64,000 bases of DNA from an uncultured Acidobacteriota bacterium (GTDB lineage Bacteria; Acidobacteriota; UBA6911), in assembly GCA_963809485.1 (NCBI GenBank), contig CAWEJX010000007.1, forward strand, positions 544,001 to 608,000. The letters run 5' to 3'. Made by a program: the position numbers and the translations under genes. Below the pieces are notes generated by a model, which did not search any database, was not told the origin of the DNA, and saw only the letters and a list, made by a program, of their open reading frames with translations. This document shows positions 28,088 to 37,363 of the stretch, in pieces (the stretch's first letter is position 1; each line of letters starts with the position of its first letter).

Positions 28088-28891
28088 GTGATCATTGATG
28101 CTCATACGCATATCTATCCCGAATTCGTCGCGAAGAAGGCTCTGAATACTGTCGTGACCAATATCGGGAACCGGCTGACTCCCTTCACCGACGGGACCTG
28201 TGAAAGCCTGACCGCCTCTATGGATGCCGCGGGAGTCGACCTTTCGATCGTCCTCATGATTGCCACCAGTCCAGGACATGGGAGCCGGATCCTGCAGTGG
28301 ATCAAAGCGATCATGCCGGATGCGCCGCGCATGATTTTTTTTGGCTCCGTGCATCCCTATGATCCCAACTATCGCGAGCTAATCCGGGAAATGGCCGAGG
28401 CCGGTCTCCAGGGGATAAAGTTCCATCCGCCCTACCAGCAGGTTCCGGTGGATGCCAAAGAAGCCTATGCGATTTATGAAGAAGCGGCGAAACGCGACCT
28501 CGTGATGTATTTTCATGCCGGGCCCGATCCCAGCGTGCCCGGATGCGACTATTCCTCGGTGGAACGATTCTCGGTTTTCCTGAAGGACTTCGAAGGGGCA
28601 AAGATTGTGCTGGCGCATGGAGGCGGATACGGCGAATGGGATAAGGTTTTGGATCTGCTGGGCGGCAGGACATGCTACTTCGATGTCGCGTTCGTGCTCG
28701 AAAACATGAGGCGCCGCAACGATGCGCGCGAACTCTTCCGGCAGAAGGAAGACTATTTCCTGTTCGGCACGGACAGCCCGTGGCGCGAGCAGAAGAGGTA
28801 CGTCGAGCTGATACGCACGTCGAATACGCTCACGCGGATTCAAAAAGAGAAGATGTTTTGCACAAACATCCGGAAACTCGTAAAGGTTTGA
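28088..28891 (+). CDS. Amidohydrolase_2 family metal-dependent hydrolase
   Basis: IIDAHTH, GIKFHP, FHAG, VLAHGG and FGTDSPW; GTG start at 28088. Confidence 0.88.
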   Translation: MIIDAHTHIYPEFVAKKALNTVVTNIGNRLTPFTDGTCESLTASMDAAGVDLSIVLMIATSPGHGSRILQWIKAIMPDAPRMIFFGSVHPYDPNYRELIREMAEAGLQGIKFHPPYQQVPVDAKEAYAIYEEAAKRDLVMYFHAGPDPSVPGCDYSSVERFSVFLKDFEGAKIVLAHGGGYGEWDKVLDLLGGRTCYFDVAFVLENMRRRNDARELFRQKEDYFLFGTDSPWREQKRYVELIRTSNTLTRIQKEKMFCTNIRKLVKV

Positions 28892-28950
28892 ACTCTGCCC
28901 CGCTCATTTCAGTGAGGACCGCTTTCCGAAGCCGCCCGGGTGATACCGAT

Positions 28951-29460
28951 TCAGCCAAGTATCACGAGCGAGTCGCGGTATTTTTCAAGCAGCGGTTTCC
29001 AGTCCGCTTCTCCACCGGACTCCCGCAGTTCGCGAAAGATCGATCGGTCGAAAAGCACCGGGTTGCCGAATTTTCCTTCAAAACCAAACGCGCAGGCCGG
29101 CGCGAACGATCGCCGGTGCGCACGGACGAGATCGCGAACCGTTTCCGCGGCGGCAACAGGCTGACCGGCGGCCAGAATGACGGCGGCGCCCGTCCGGGCG
29201 GGGAGCGCCTCAATCGCCATGCGAACGGAAGAGTTCCCGCCCGCTTTAAAATCCATATGTACAATTGTACATATCGGCATGCCCGCGAACGCCTGCGCCG
29301 TCTCTTCGGACCTGCTGTTCGAGCACTACAACGACCGGATCAAGCCCGGCCTCCAGCGCAACGCGGGCGGCGCCGACCGCAAGGGATCGGTACTTCGGGG
29401 GCCAAAGATGATCCATGGACCACGGCCCATGGATTGCCCGTCGGCCAGGATCACTCCGGC
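28951..29460 (-). pseudogene. Frameshifted MocA-like nucleotidyltransferase domain (C-terminal part of a YqeC fusion)
   Basis: AGVILADG in the YqeC frame, ALEAGLDPVVVVL in a second frame and GNSSVRMAI...GKFGNPVLFDRSIF in a third. Confidence 0.65.
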
Positions 29461-30237
29461 CGCCGGCGACCATGTTTCGCGCACAGGCGGCTCGCCGCGC
29501 ATCACGCTGATGATGACGGAGTCCACGACGGCCGATTTCAACAGCTTCGCGGCAATTTCGCGGGCACGCGGAACGGCGGTTTCATCGTCGGCCCGGTTCA
29601 GTACCGGCACCAGCCGTGCGCCGGCCGGCAGCTGTTTGGCGCCGCCTTGAGGATGAGAGAGCACACGGGCAACCGTATCCCCTGTGACAATGCTCCCAGG
29701 CTGCTGTTGCGCAAGGGAAGCGATGATTTCCGGGCGATGCACATGGGCGTCATCGAGAGGCTCTCCCAGCGCGTCGAGCCCGGCAATCGGCACAAGGATC
29801 GTGGTAATGTCAGGTACAACAGGCTCGTGAGTACCGGGCGCCTTGAAAGGGAGCGACCGGCTGCCGTCGGCCTCGACCACGATGATGTCCACATCGGACC
29901 GTTCCTTGAGGCGGGCAATCAGTTCGGGCAGGACGCCGTGGACCCTGCCCTTGCCGTCCGGCGGGCCGGCAATGAGGCAGTGACCGAACCGGTCCAGGCG
30001 CTCTGTCAGAAGATCCAGCCTTTCCGGCACGATGAAGGAAGGCGCGAACTGGACCTGATCCTCGCTGATGTGTGTTGTGGTCGTCGTAACGACACGCATT
30101 CCTGCCGCGCCCAACTCGGAAGCCAGCCTGAACATGGAGGTGGTTTTGCCTCCGCCTCCGACAAGTGAAACCACGTCGCCGCGTCGGACTCGCAACGCTT
30201 TCGCAAGCGGCATACCCGTTGTTCGCAATTCCGGCAT
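29326..30237 (-). CDS. yqeC: Selenium cofactor biosynthesis protein YqeC
   Basis: VSLVGGGGKTT, VVTTTTHI and VVEADGSRSLPFKAPGTHEPVVP. Confidence 0.85.
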   Translation of the reverse strand: MPELRTTGMPLAKALRVRRGDVVSLVGGGGKTTSMFRLASELGAAGMRVVTTTTTHISEDQVQFAPSFIVPERLDLLTERLDRFGHCLIAGPPDGKGRVHGVLPELIARLKERSDVDIIVVEADGSRSLPFKAPGTHEPVVPDITTILVPIAGLDALGEPLDDAHVHRPEIIASLAQQQPGSIVTGDTVARVLSHPQGGAKQLPAGARLVPVLNRADDETAVPRAREIAAKLLKSAVVDSVIISVMRGEPPVRETWSPAAGVILADGQSMGRGPWIIFGPRSTDPLRSAPPALRWRPGLIRSL

Positions 30238-30432
30238 ACGCGGGAATTATATAATGGAATGACGTACCGTATGTTCAGTATCCAACGAAGACCGTCGAAG
30301 GCAAAATATTGTCGCGCAAAATCCCTGTCGCCGCAACGGCGGTTTCGGCAGTGTCTTGATGGGCCTTGACTTTCATCAATTAAATAGAGATAAAGGGCTA
30401 TTTTGAAAAACAGGGGTTGGCGGACAAATTCA

Positions 30433-30642
30433 ATGAAATCGAAAAAATCCTCAGAACTCCATGAACTGGACCGCGACCTGCCGACCGGCCCGGCGGACAT
30501 TACCGCGCTCAGGCGGGCCCGCCGGGACACAATCAGAGATTTAAAACTCTATTTTGAATTTCTTGCAAGCCTCCCGGCTCCGCCCGCGCGTGAGTTGATC
30601 TCCAGGAAAGGTCCTGCCGGCCCCACCCCCTTCGAATTATAG
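30433..30642 (+). CDS. Small hypothetical protein
   Basis: 69-aa ORF with plausible composition ending RKGPAGPTPFEL; no family recognised with certainty. Confidence 0.5.
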   Translation: MKSKKSSELHELDRDLPTGPADITALRRARRDTIRDLKLYFEFLASLPAPPARELISRKGPAGPTPFEL

Positions 30643-30645
30643 AAT

Positions 30646-30797
30646 TGGGGTCGGACCAGGATAAATTGTTGCCATGATACCTGTTACATCGGTTTTATGC
30701 CGTAAAAAACGGCCTTAGAACCCTTTTTGGGCGCCACCAAATTGCGTTTAATGCTTGTCTTAGATTTTCGTTTGAAAGCTATTCGTTAGAGCCCCAA
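30646..30797. mobile_element. Diverged GGGGTCGGACC-ended non-coding element
   Basis: Starts TGGGGTCGGACCAGGATAAA, resembling the reverse complement of the right end of the 35.5/37.0-kb elements; ends TTAGAGCCCCA followed by stuttered AAAATG repeats. Confidence 0.5.
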
Positions 30798-31125
30798 AAT
30801 GCCCCCCCAAAAAAATGACGGCATAAAAAAATGCCCGCGCGCCCGGTCTGCGGCATGAAGGCCGAGAGATTCGGGATCTTATACCTCCGCTTGCCGCACA
30901 GGATTCGAGGTATCCTTGCCCAACTCACCTTTGATTCGGGTGGCCGCGACCTCTTCGGGAGTTGCCGTTCCGGCATTGATTTTGCCGATGAGCGTCAGGA
31001 TCCTGGCGGCGATCGCGCTTCTTTTTCTATGCTTGCCGATCGCGATTTTGCTACATTAGCCGCATCTGACTAATCCGAATTTCTCTGCATTGAAAGCGAC
31101 TGTCGACGTGTAGGAGGCGCTCCCT

Positions 31126-32795
31126 ATGATCGGCAGAACGCTCGGCCATTATCGAATAACCAGTCAGCTCGGCAAAGGCGGCATGGGAGAAGTCTATGTC
31201 GCCGACGACTCAACGAATCGCAAGGTTGCCTAAGGTCTCCTGATGTCTTCGCAGGCGATCCCGAAAGAATGGCGCGATTCGAGCGAGAAGCAAAAGTGCT
31301 GGCGTCGCTTAATCATCCAACATCGCTCGATTTACGGCTCGAACAGGCCGAAGGGAAACGCTTCATCGTGATGGAGCTTGTCGAAGGCGAAACGCTGGCG
31401 CAAAGGATCAGCAAAGGAGCGTTGCCGGTGGACGAAGCCCTGGCAATATGCCGCCAGATCGCCGAGGGGTTGGAGGCCGCGCATGAAAAAGGAGTGATCC
31501 ATCGCGACCTTAAGCCCGCCAACGTGATGATCTCCGAAGGAGGACAAGGTCAAGATACTGGACTTCGGCCTGGCAAAAGCTCTCTCGGACGAAACGCAAG
31601 ATATCGATTCATCACAATCACCCACTCTCACAGAAGCGATGACGCGGCCCGGCGTCATTCTGGGGACCGCTGCCTACATGAGCCCGGAGCAGGCTAAAGG
31701 CAAATCGGTCGACAAGCGCGCCGACATCTGGGCGTTCGGCTGCATCCTGTACGAATGCCTGAGCGGCAAGAGGACATTCGAAGGCGAAACGGTCACGGAG
31801 ACTCTGGCATCTGTGTTGACGAAAGATCCCGAGTGGGAAAAGGCTCCGGCGAGAGTCCGCCCCTTGCTGCGCCGGTGCCTGGAAAGAGACCCGAAAAAGC
31901 GGCTGCGGGATATCGGCGAAGCACTGGTCGGATTGAGAACGCGCCGGTATCGGCCCCCGCCAAACGACCATGGCTCGCATGGGCTGTCGCGGTTCCGGCT
32001 GTTCTGACCGCAATGCGCTTGCTTTAGTCCACTTCCGCCAGGAACCATCGGGATTCTGAATTGATGCGACTGCAAATTGCGCTGCCCGACAAAGTTACAG
32101 CGACACCGACAGGAGCTTTTGCAGTTTCGCCTGATGGCCGATATCTGGCTTTTCAGGAGTAGGTTCCGATGGCGCCACACGTTTGTGGCTGCGTGCCATG
32201 AGCGCTCTCGAAGCCAAGCCTTTGCCAGGCACAGAGCATAGCATTCTCGCTTCAATCTTCTGGTCTCCCGACAGCCGTTTCATAGCGTTTGATGCAGGAG
32301 GAAAGCTGAAGAAAGTCAACATTTCCGGCGAGCCTCCGGAAATAATATGTGATCTTTCGCGGCCAGCGCTCGGCGGGTCATGGAATCGCGATGGCGTGAT
32401 TATTTTCGGCGCATCATTTGAACCTCTGATGAGCGTATCCGACAAAGGGGGAAAGGCATCGCCGCTGACGAAGATCGATCGGGCGCTTGGTGAATCGCAG
32501 CACGCAAGCCGAGGTTTCTGCCGGGGGCGGCATTTCCGTACCACCGCGGTGGAGAAGCGACGGCAAGGAACTTTATTATCGCCTCTGGATGGAAAAATGA
32601 TGGCCGTGGAAATGGGGAAGCGGCAAAAATCGAGCCGGGCATTCCGCGTGTCCTGTTCGATACCGGACTCGAATGTCGATCCCTTCAACGACCAGTATGA
32701 CGTGACTTCTGACGGCAGGCGTTTTCCTCTGTTTGCCCCGTGGAGGAGCGTCGCCAACGCCGATAACGGTCGTTACCAACTGGCCTTCTCTATTG
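31126..32795 (+). pseudogene. Degraded Ser/Thr protein kinase with beta-propeller (PD40/TolB-like) C-terminus
   Basis: [59 protein letters not shown] and YDVTSDGRRF are spread over several frames with stops and deletions. Confidence 0.88.
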
Positions 32796-32800
32796 AAGCA

Positions 32801-32940
32801 ATGACCCTCGCACCCGGCACAAAACTCGGCCCATATGAAATCCTCTCACCGATCGGCGCGGGAGGGCGAGGTATGGAAGGCGCTGGACACGCGCCTGGGC
32901 CGCGTCGTGGCGATCAAAAAAGTCAGCGAGCAGCGCCATC
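32801..32940 (+). pseudogene. Second Ser/Thr kinase 5' fragment
   Basis: MTLAPGTKLGPYEILSPIGAGG, then a frameshift to GEVWKALDTRLGRVVAIK, then the similarity ends. Confidence 0.75.
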
Positions 32941-33289
32941 TGTGTATTGCTTCGGTCCAGTCCTCGAGTGCCCGCGCTTGCCAGGCTGATGAACCTCCCC
33001 GAGGGGATTCAACAAAAACTTATAGGAACGGCTTTTCAACTCCATGAAACCGCCCTATGAAGATTCTCCCTCCCACAACGCCTGAAGAAAGCGCCTATAC
33101 GGCAGAATTTTGACGCGAGCGCGTTTAAATCCAAATGTCTTTTCAGGGTTGAATAATGGTGACAATTGTTGCTTGTAGGGCTGATTCTCATGATAAATAG
33201 CGGAATATCTGTCAAGTATTTTCACCGCGCGAAGCGCGATTTCAATCCGATTGTTGAAGACGGCGACGCGCGGTGAAGCTCCCGGGGAC

Positions 33290-33785
33290 GTAAGCGGCAT
33301 GGGCCACCGATATGCCTTTATACGACAGTACGATCGAGCCATCGAGCAGTTCCGCAGCACTCTTGAGCTGAACCCGCAATATCACTGGGCATATCTGATG
33401 CTTGGCTGGAGCCACATCTAGGCACGAAGGCTCGATGAAGCGATTAGGGCATGCGAAACCACGATGCAAATTCCGGGGCTCGGCTCAATGAGCACCGGAA
33501 TTCTTGGCGCCGTATACGCGCTGGCGGGCCGGATCGGGGAAGCCCGGAAGCTATTGGATGAACTGAGGAATCTATCCCTCCAAATATACGTGCCGCCCAT
33601 GGCATTTGCCTGGATCTGTGGAGCTCTTGGGGAAACGGACAGTGTTCTGGACTGTCTGGAGTAGGCGTTCGATGAACATGACGGCCTGATTGTGCTTTTG
33701 CCGATCCACCCCATTTTTTATTTTCTCCGCTCCCATCCCAGCTACAATGTCCTGCTGCGCAACCGGTTGGAGCCTGCCCATAATC
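33290..33785 (+). pseudogene. C-terminal TPR fragment of a kinase/adenylate cyclase-TPR type protein
   Basis: RQYDRAIEQFRSTLELNP...YALAGRIGEARKLLDEL...YVPPMAFAWI...LRSHPSY with in-frame TAG at 33419 and 33662; no 5' part present. Confidence 0.72.
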
Positions 33786-34938
33786 AGTCGAATCGGGGGG
33801 TGCCGAAGAGTTTGAAGCAAAGAGCGTCCAATGAGCCGAGCCAGCTGGCCAAAGGCAAAATCTCAACATTGCCGCGCTGCAGCGGGCGGTCCATTTCCTT
33901 TACGAGCTGAAAGGCACGGGCGTTGCCGAGCTTGTGCGCAAGAAAGGCGAGCGGCTGATGCAGCGTGTCTCCGGATTGCTTCACCTCGACAATGGCATGA
34001 ACCCGGATCCCTTCCGCAAGTAGAAAATCCACTTCGTGGCCGTCGCGGTCGCGGAAATAGCAGAGTCGGATCTTCCGCCCGGTAGTGTCCTCTGTCCAGT
34101 CGCAGAATTTCTGGAGGGCGCAGGCGACCAGGTTTTCAAGCGCCGCCCCGGCGTTTTGCGCAGCCGACCAATCGAAGAAATACAGCTTGGGCTGCTTGCG
34201 CAAGCTTCTTGCAAGCCCCCGCGAGTGAGGATAGATGCGAAATACCAGATACAACTGCTCCAACAGATCGATCCAGGTTTTCACTGTCGGAGCAGACACT
34301 CCGACATCTGCAGCCAGATGCTGGTAGTTCAAGCCGCTGCCGACACGGTCTCGCAAAAGCTCGATCAGCAATTCCAAAGCGCGTATTTCGCAAATTCTGG
34401 TCAGGTCACGAACATCCCCCCGTACGACAGTATCGAGCCGATCATTAAGGAGGCGGGCGGCATTCTTGGGCTTGAGAAAGGACTCGGGAAAACCTCCGGC
34501 TGTCAGCAGCCGTTCCAGACGTTTGTCCTCCGTCATGTTGGGGAGAAACGTCCGGGTCTCGATGAGATCGAGAGGGTGAAGGTGATAATGAAAGGTCCGG
34601 CCGGTAAGAGCCTCGCCGCCTTTGCGGAATGTTGCCAGCCGCGCGCTGCCGGTGACGAGGATCGGCGGCTTGTTTTGCTGATCGTCGATAATACCCTTGA
34701 GAAAACTCTTCCAGCGTGCACGCTTATGCAGTTCGTCGAGCACGACAATCGGTGCTGAGCGGGGCCACGCGATGCTGTTTATGATCTTGGCATCCGACCG
34801 GACATCGCTGTTGAGATAAACGCCGTCCGCGCCGGCTAATTCTTTTGCCAGGTAAGTTTTGCCGACCTGACGCGGTCCGCTGAGAAGCACCGCTTTTTCA
34901 CGAAGGTCGACCCGCAGCCTTTTTCCGAGATACCGCAT
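33784..34938 (-). CDS. AAA_14 ATPase with DUF4143 (COG1373 family)
   Basis: GPRQVGKT, LDELHK, TGSA, GGFPE, KQPKLYFFD and EVDF...EVK. Confidence 0.9.
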   Translation of the reverse strand: MRYLGKRLRVDLREKAVLLSGPRQVGKTYLAKELAGADGVYLNSDVRSDAKIINSIAWPRSAPIVVLDELHKRARWKSFLKGIIDDQQNKPPILVTGSARLATFRKGGEALTGRTFHYHLHPLDLIETRTFLPNMTEDKRLERLLTAGGFPESFLKPKNAARLLNDRLDTVVRGDVRDLTRICEIRALELLIELLRDRVGSGLNYQHLAADVGVSAPTVKTWIDLLEQLYLVFRIYPHSRGLARSLRKQPKLYFFDWSAAQNAGAALENLVACALQKFCDWTEDTTGRKIRLCYFRDRDGHEVDFLLAEGIRVHAIVEVKQSGDTLHQPLAFLAHKLGNARAFQLVKEMDRPLQRGNVEILPLASWLGSLDALCFKLFGTPRFD

Positions 34939-34958
34939 ACGGCAGCAATATATATCAC

Positions 34959-35003
34959 TTTATTCCTGCCGCGGCAAGAATAAACAATCCTTTATTCCTG
35001 CCG
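34959..35003. promoter_or_regulatory. 26-bp near-perfect palindrome plus a repeated half-site upstream of the AAA ATPase (candidate operator)
   Basis: TTTATTCCTGCCGCGGCAAGAATAAA at 34959-34984; TTTATTCCTGCCG repeated at 34991-35003. Confidence 0.5.
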
Positions 35004-35117
35004 TAGCTCAAGGTCCGTCGTCCGGAAACAATCGTCCGCCGTTATTATGGAGCCGATATCGGCGAATGACTGCATTATAATGATCGCGCAGGTGGGTATC
35101 CCGCGTTGGAGAGTCCC

Positions 35118-35510
35118 ATGTCCGAAATCGGCCAAACCGTATCGCACTACAGGATCGTCGAGAAAATCGGCGGCGGGGGGATGGGTGTCGTCTACAGGGC
35201 CGAGGACACGACACTGGGCCGCAATGTCGCTCTGAAATTCCTTTCCGCCGAGGCACTCGACAATCCTTCCGCCAGGGAGCGCTTCCTGCGCGAGGCGCGG
35301 ACGGCTGCCGCATTGAACCATCCGAACATATGCGTCGTGCACGAGATCGGCATGCACGAAGGGCGGCACTTCATCACCATGGAACTGCTCGAAGGCGAGA
35401 CTCTCAGGCAGCGCATCGCGCGGGGCATGCTCAAGACGGAAGAACTGCTCGACCTGGCGATTCAGATCGCCGGCGCTTTAAATGCCGCGCATGCGAAAGG
35501 CATCATCCAT
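35118..35510 (+). pseudogene. Ser/Thr kinase truncated at the HRD motif
   Basis: Clean frame [26 protein letters not shown]...VALKF...LNHPNI...KGIIH, then an abrupt switch to repeat-element sequence. Confidence 0.88.
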
Positions 35511-35521
35511 GTTGGGGCTAA

Positions 35522-35764
35522 TGGGGTCGGACCACGTTAAATCATTCATAATAAAGTGGAAACCTGCAGTTTTGCAGGCTCAAATGGGCGCCCAAACAGA
35601 ATTTCGAGGGTATTTTGGGCAGATAGAAATCAGGGGGTTCTCCAATCAAAATGAAATCCATAAACGCAAGAAATGCCACCCCCAATTGCAGCCAAGCCCT
35701 TTTATAGGCCCTGAAAACTGTGTTAAAAATAATCCTGCGAAGGTTTTATCGTGGTGCGACCCCA
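35522..35764. mobile_element. ~243-bp MITE-like element, copy 1
   Basis: TGGGGTCGGACCACG ... CGTGGTGCGACCCCA terminal inverted repeats; AT-rich body highly similar to 37042-37286. Confidence 0.8.
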
Positions 35765-35853
35765 CCTCCCATATGGCGGATTTCGATTGGCTTGGATTGA
35801 TTAGAAAACAGGAGCCTCCGCCGGTATTGGGGACAGCATAACCAGGTACGGGT

Positions 35854-36264
35854 TCATCGCTTGATGGCGGCTGTAACGGCTTCCACAACGCGGCGAGAAC
35901 CCGCGCGCGCTGTCTCGGCATCCGGTTTCTGATAAAAGTCGGATGGCGTCAAGTCTTCGCTCCCATAGAACGCCAGCTCCCGATCGCGCCGGAGAGACCG
36001 CGAAATTGCCACGAGTTCCTCAATCTGAGGGCGAATCATTTCGGGTAGCCTTTCGATCTCGGAGCGCAAAATCTCACTGACATCGTGAATGCGCGGGACC
36101 TCGATAGAGGAATGGCGCAATAGAGACTTCAGCGCCAGTTCCACCACTTCCTGTGACTCCCGTACGACATCAGCCCAGCTCTCCCGGTCGAACAGCACGT
36201 CCAGCGCGGCAAGCCTGTGGGTTGCGCGCTTGAGGTAATCATCCGCCAATGTCCTATTATGCAT
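35854..36264 (-). CDS. HEPN domain protein (putative toxin)
   Basis: SQEVVELALKSLL, PRIHDV and RRDRELAFYG; directly downstream of the MNT; start ATG 36264. Confidence 0.85.
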   Translation of the reverse strand: MHNRTLADDYLKRATHRLAALDVLFDRESWADVVRESQEVVELALKSLLRHSSIEVPRIHDVSEILRSEIERLPEMIRPQIEELVAISRSLRRDRELAFYGSEDLTPSDFYQKPDAETARAGSRRVVEAVTAAIKR

Positions 36265-36272
36265 CGCGTTCC

Positions 36273-36866
36273 TCAGAATTCCTTGATCCAGTAAGGACTT
36301 CCATGCGCCATCCGGCGTATGATCTTGCCATGACCCATGGCCGCGCGCACGGATGCCAGAAATCGGGATACCCGGCGGTCGCTCTCCCATAAAACAATTC
36401 CTTCAATCGCCGTTTCATACCAAAGACCCCCGGCCTTCTGGACGCTTCCCGGCAGACTGACGAAATGAGGCGAGATCCTGACAGATTCCTGGGCGTCGCT
36501 GTGCTTTCCGCAAAAATCTTCCCACTGCCGGTAGAGGCAGCGGGAGATTTTCACTTCCGGCCGCATAACCAGCAGCAGGTCGACATCGGAATCTTCGGTG
36601 GCATCCCCACGTGCTGCCGATCCAAATAGAATTACGCCAATAAGCTCTTCTGCCCACCGGTGGATGACTGCGTCCAGAAAATCCGGAGCCGCTGGATATG
36701 CTGTCGCGCTTTTTGTGCTGAAGCCGGCAAGAGGAGGTTCGTTTCCCTGCAACCTCGCGATACACACCTGGTTCAAGGATTGCCCCGCGCTCATCGCCTC
36801 ACGCTTCAACCGGGCATGCAGAGTCCCGGGAATTCGAATGACAAATTTTCCAGAAAGCTTTTTCAC
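36273..36866 (-). CDS. HicB-like RHH domain fused to a minimal nucleotidyltransferase (putative antitoxin)
   Basis: SGKFVIRIPGTLHARLKREA..GQSLNQ (HicB C-terminal RHH pattern) plus GSAARGDATEDSDVD (GSx10DxD). Confidence 0.85.
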   Translation of the reverse strand: MKKLSGKFVIRIPGTLHARLKREAMSAGQSLNQVCIARLQGNEPPLAGFSTKSATAYPAAPDFLDAVIHRWAEELIGVILFGSAARGDATEDSDVDLLLVMRPEVKISRCLYRQWEDFCGKHSDAQESVRISPHFVSLPGSVQKAGGLWYETAIEGIVLWESDRRVSRFLASVRAAMGHGKIIRRMAHGSPYWIKEF

Positions 36867-37041
36867 TTCATTATAGTATTATAGTACTATATCAAAATGC
36901 AACTACTTCATGCATGTCTCGTCCGCCGGACATAACCAGCTGTCCTTGACGAAAACATCGAAAACATGTCGAAAACATGGACACCCACTTTATGCACCCA
37001 CTTTATGCAACAACTGGCCGAATGGGGTCTCTAAGCCTAAT

Positions 37042-37286
37042 GGGGTCGGACCACGTTAAATCACGCATATTAAAGTGGAAAGGTGCAATTTTGCAGGCTC
37101 AAATGGGCCCCAAAACAGAATTTCTGGGGGAGGATTTGGGACTGCTAGAAATCAGGGATTTCTCCAAATAAAATAAAAATCTATAAACGCAAAAAATGCC
37201 TCCCCAACTTGCAGCTAAGCCTTGTTATAGGTGCTGAAAATTGTGTTATCAATAATCCTGCGAAGGTTTTATCGTGGTCCGACCCC
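37042..37286. mobile_element. ~245-bp MITE-like element, copy 2 (same orientation as copy 1)
   Basis: GGGGTCGGACCACG ... CGTGGTCCGACCCC perfect 14-bp TIR, followed by CCCCGACTTT stutter repeats. Confidence 0.82.
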
Positions 37287-37363
37287 GACTTTCCCCGACT
37301 TTGACCCCGACTTTAAAATATTTTCGCTCAAAACACCATGCCTTCATCTATAGTTTCTGAGCG

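Noticed and set aside
30880-31060. Minus-strand coding-like fragment (ILTLIGKINAGTATPEEVAATRIKG)
   Set aside because: No start codon and no recognisable family; too weak to call.
33290-33785. Amber (pyrrolysine or recoding) readthrough of two in-frame TAG codons
   Set aside because: The fragment lacks its 5' part and sits among decayed genes, and other genes in the window use TAG as a normal stop. Nonsense mutation is the simpler explanation.
35522-37286. Assignment of the MITEs to the Tn3 family
   Set aside because: GGGGTC and CACGTTAA recall Tn3 ends, but the TIR is only about 14 bp rather than about 38 bp, and no 5-bp TSD is visible.
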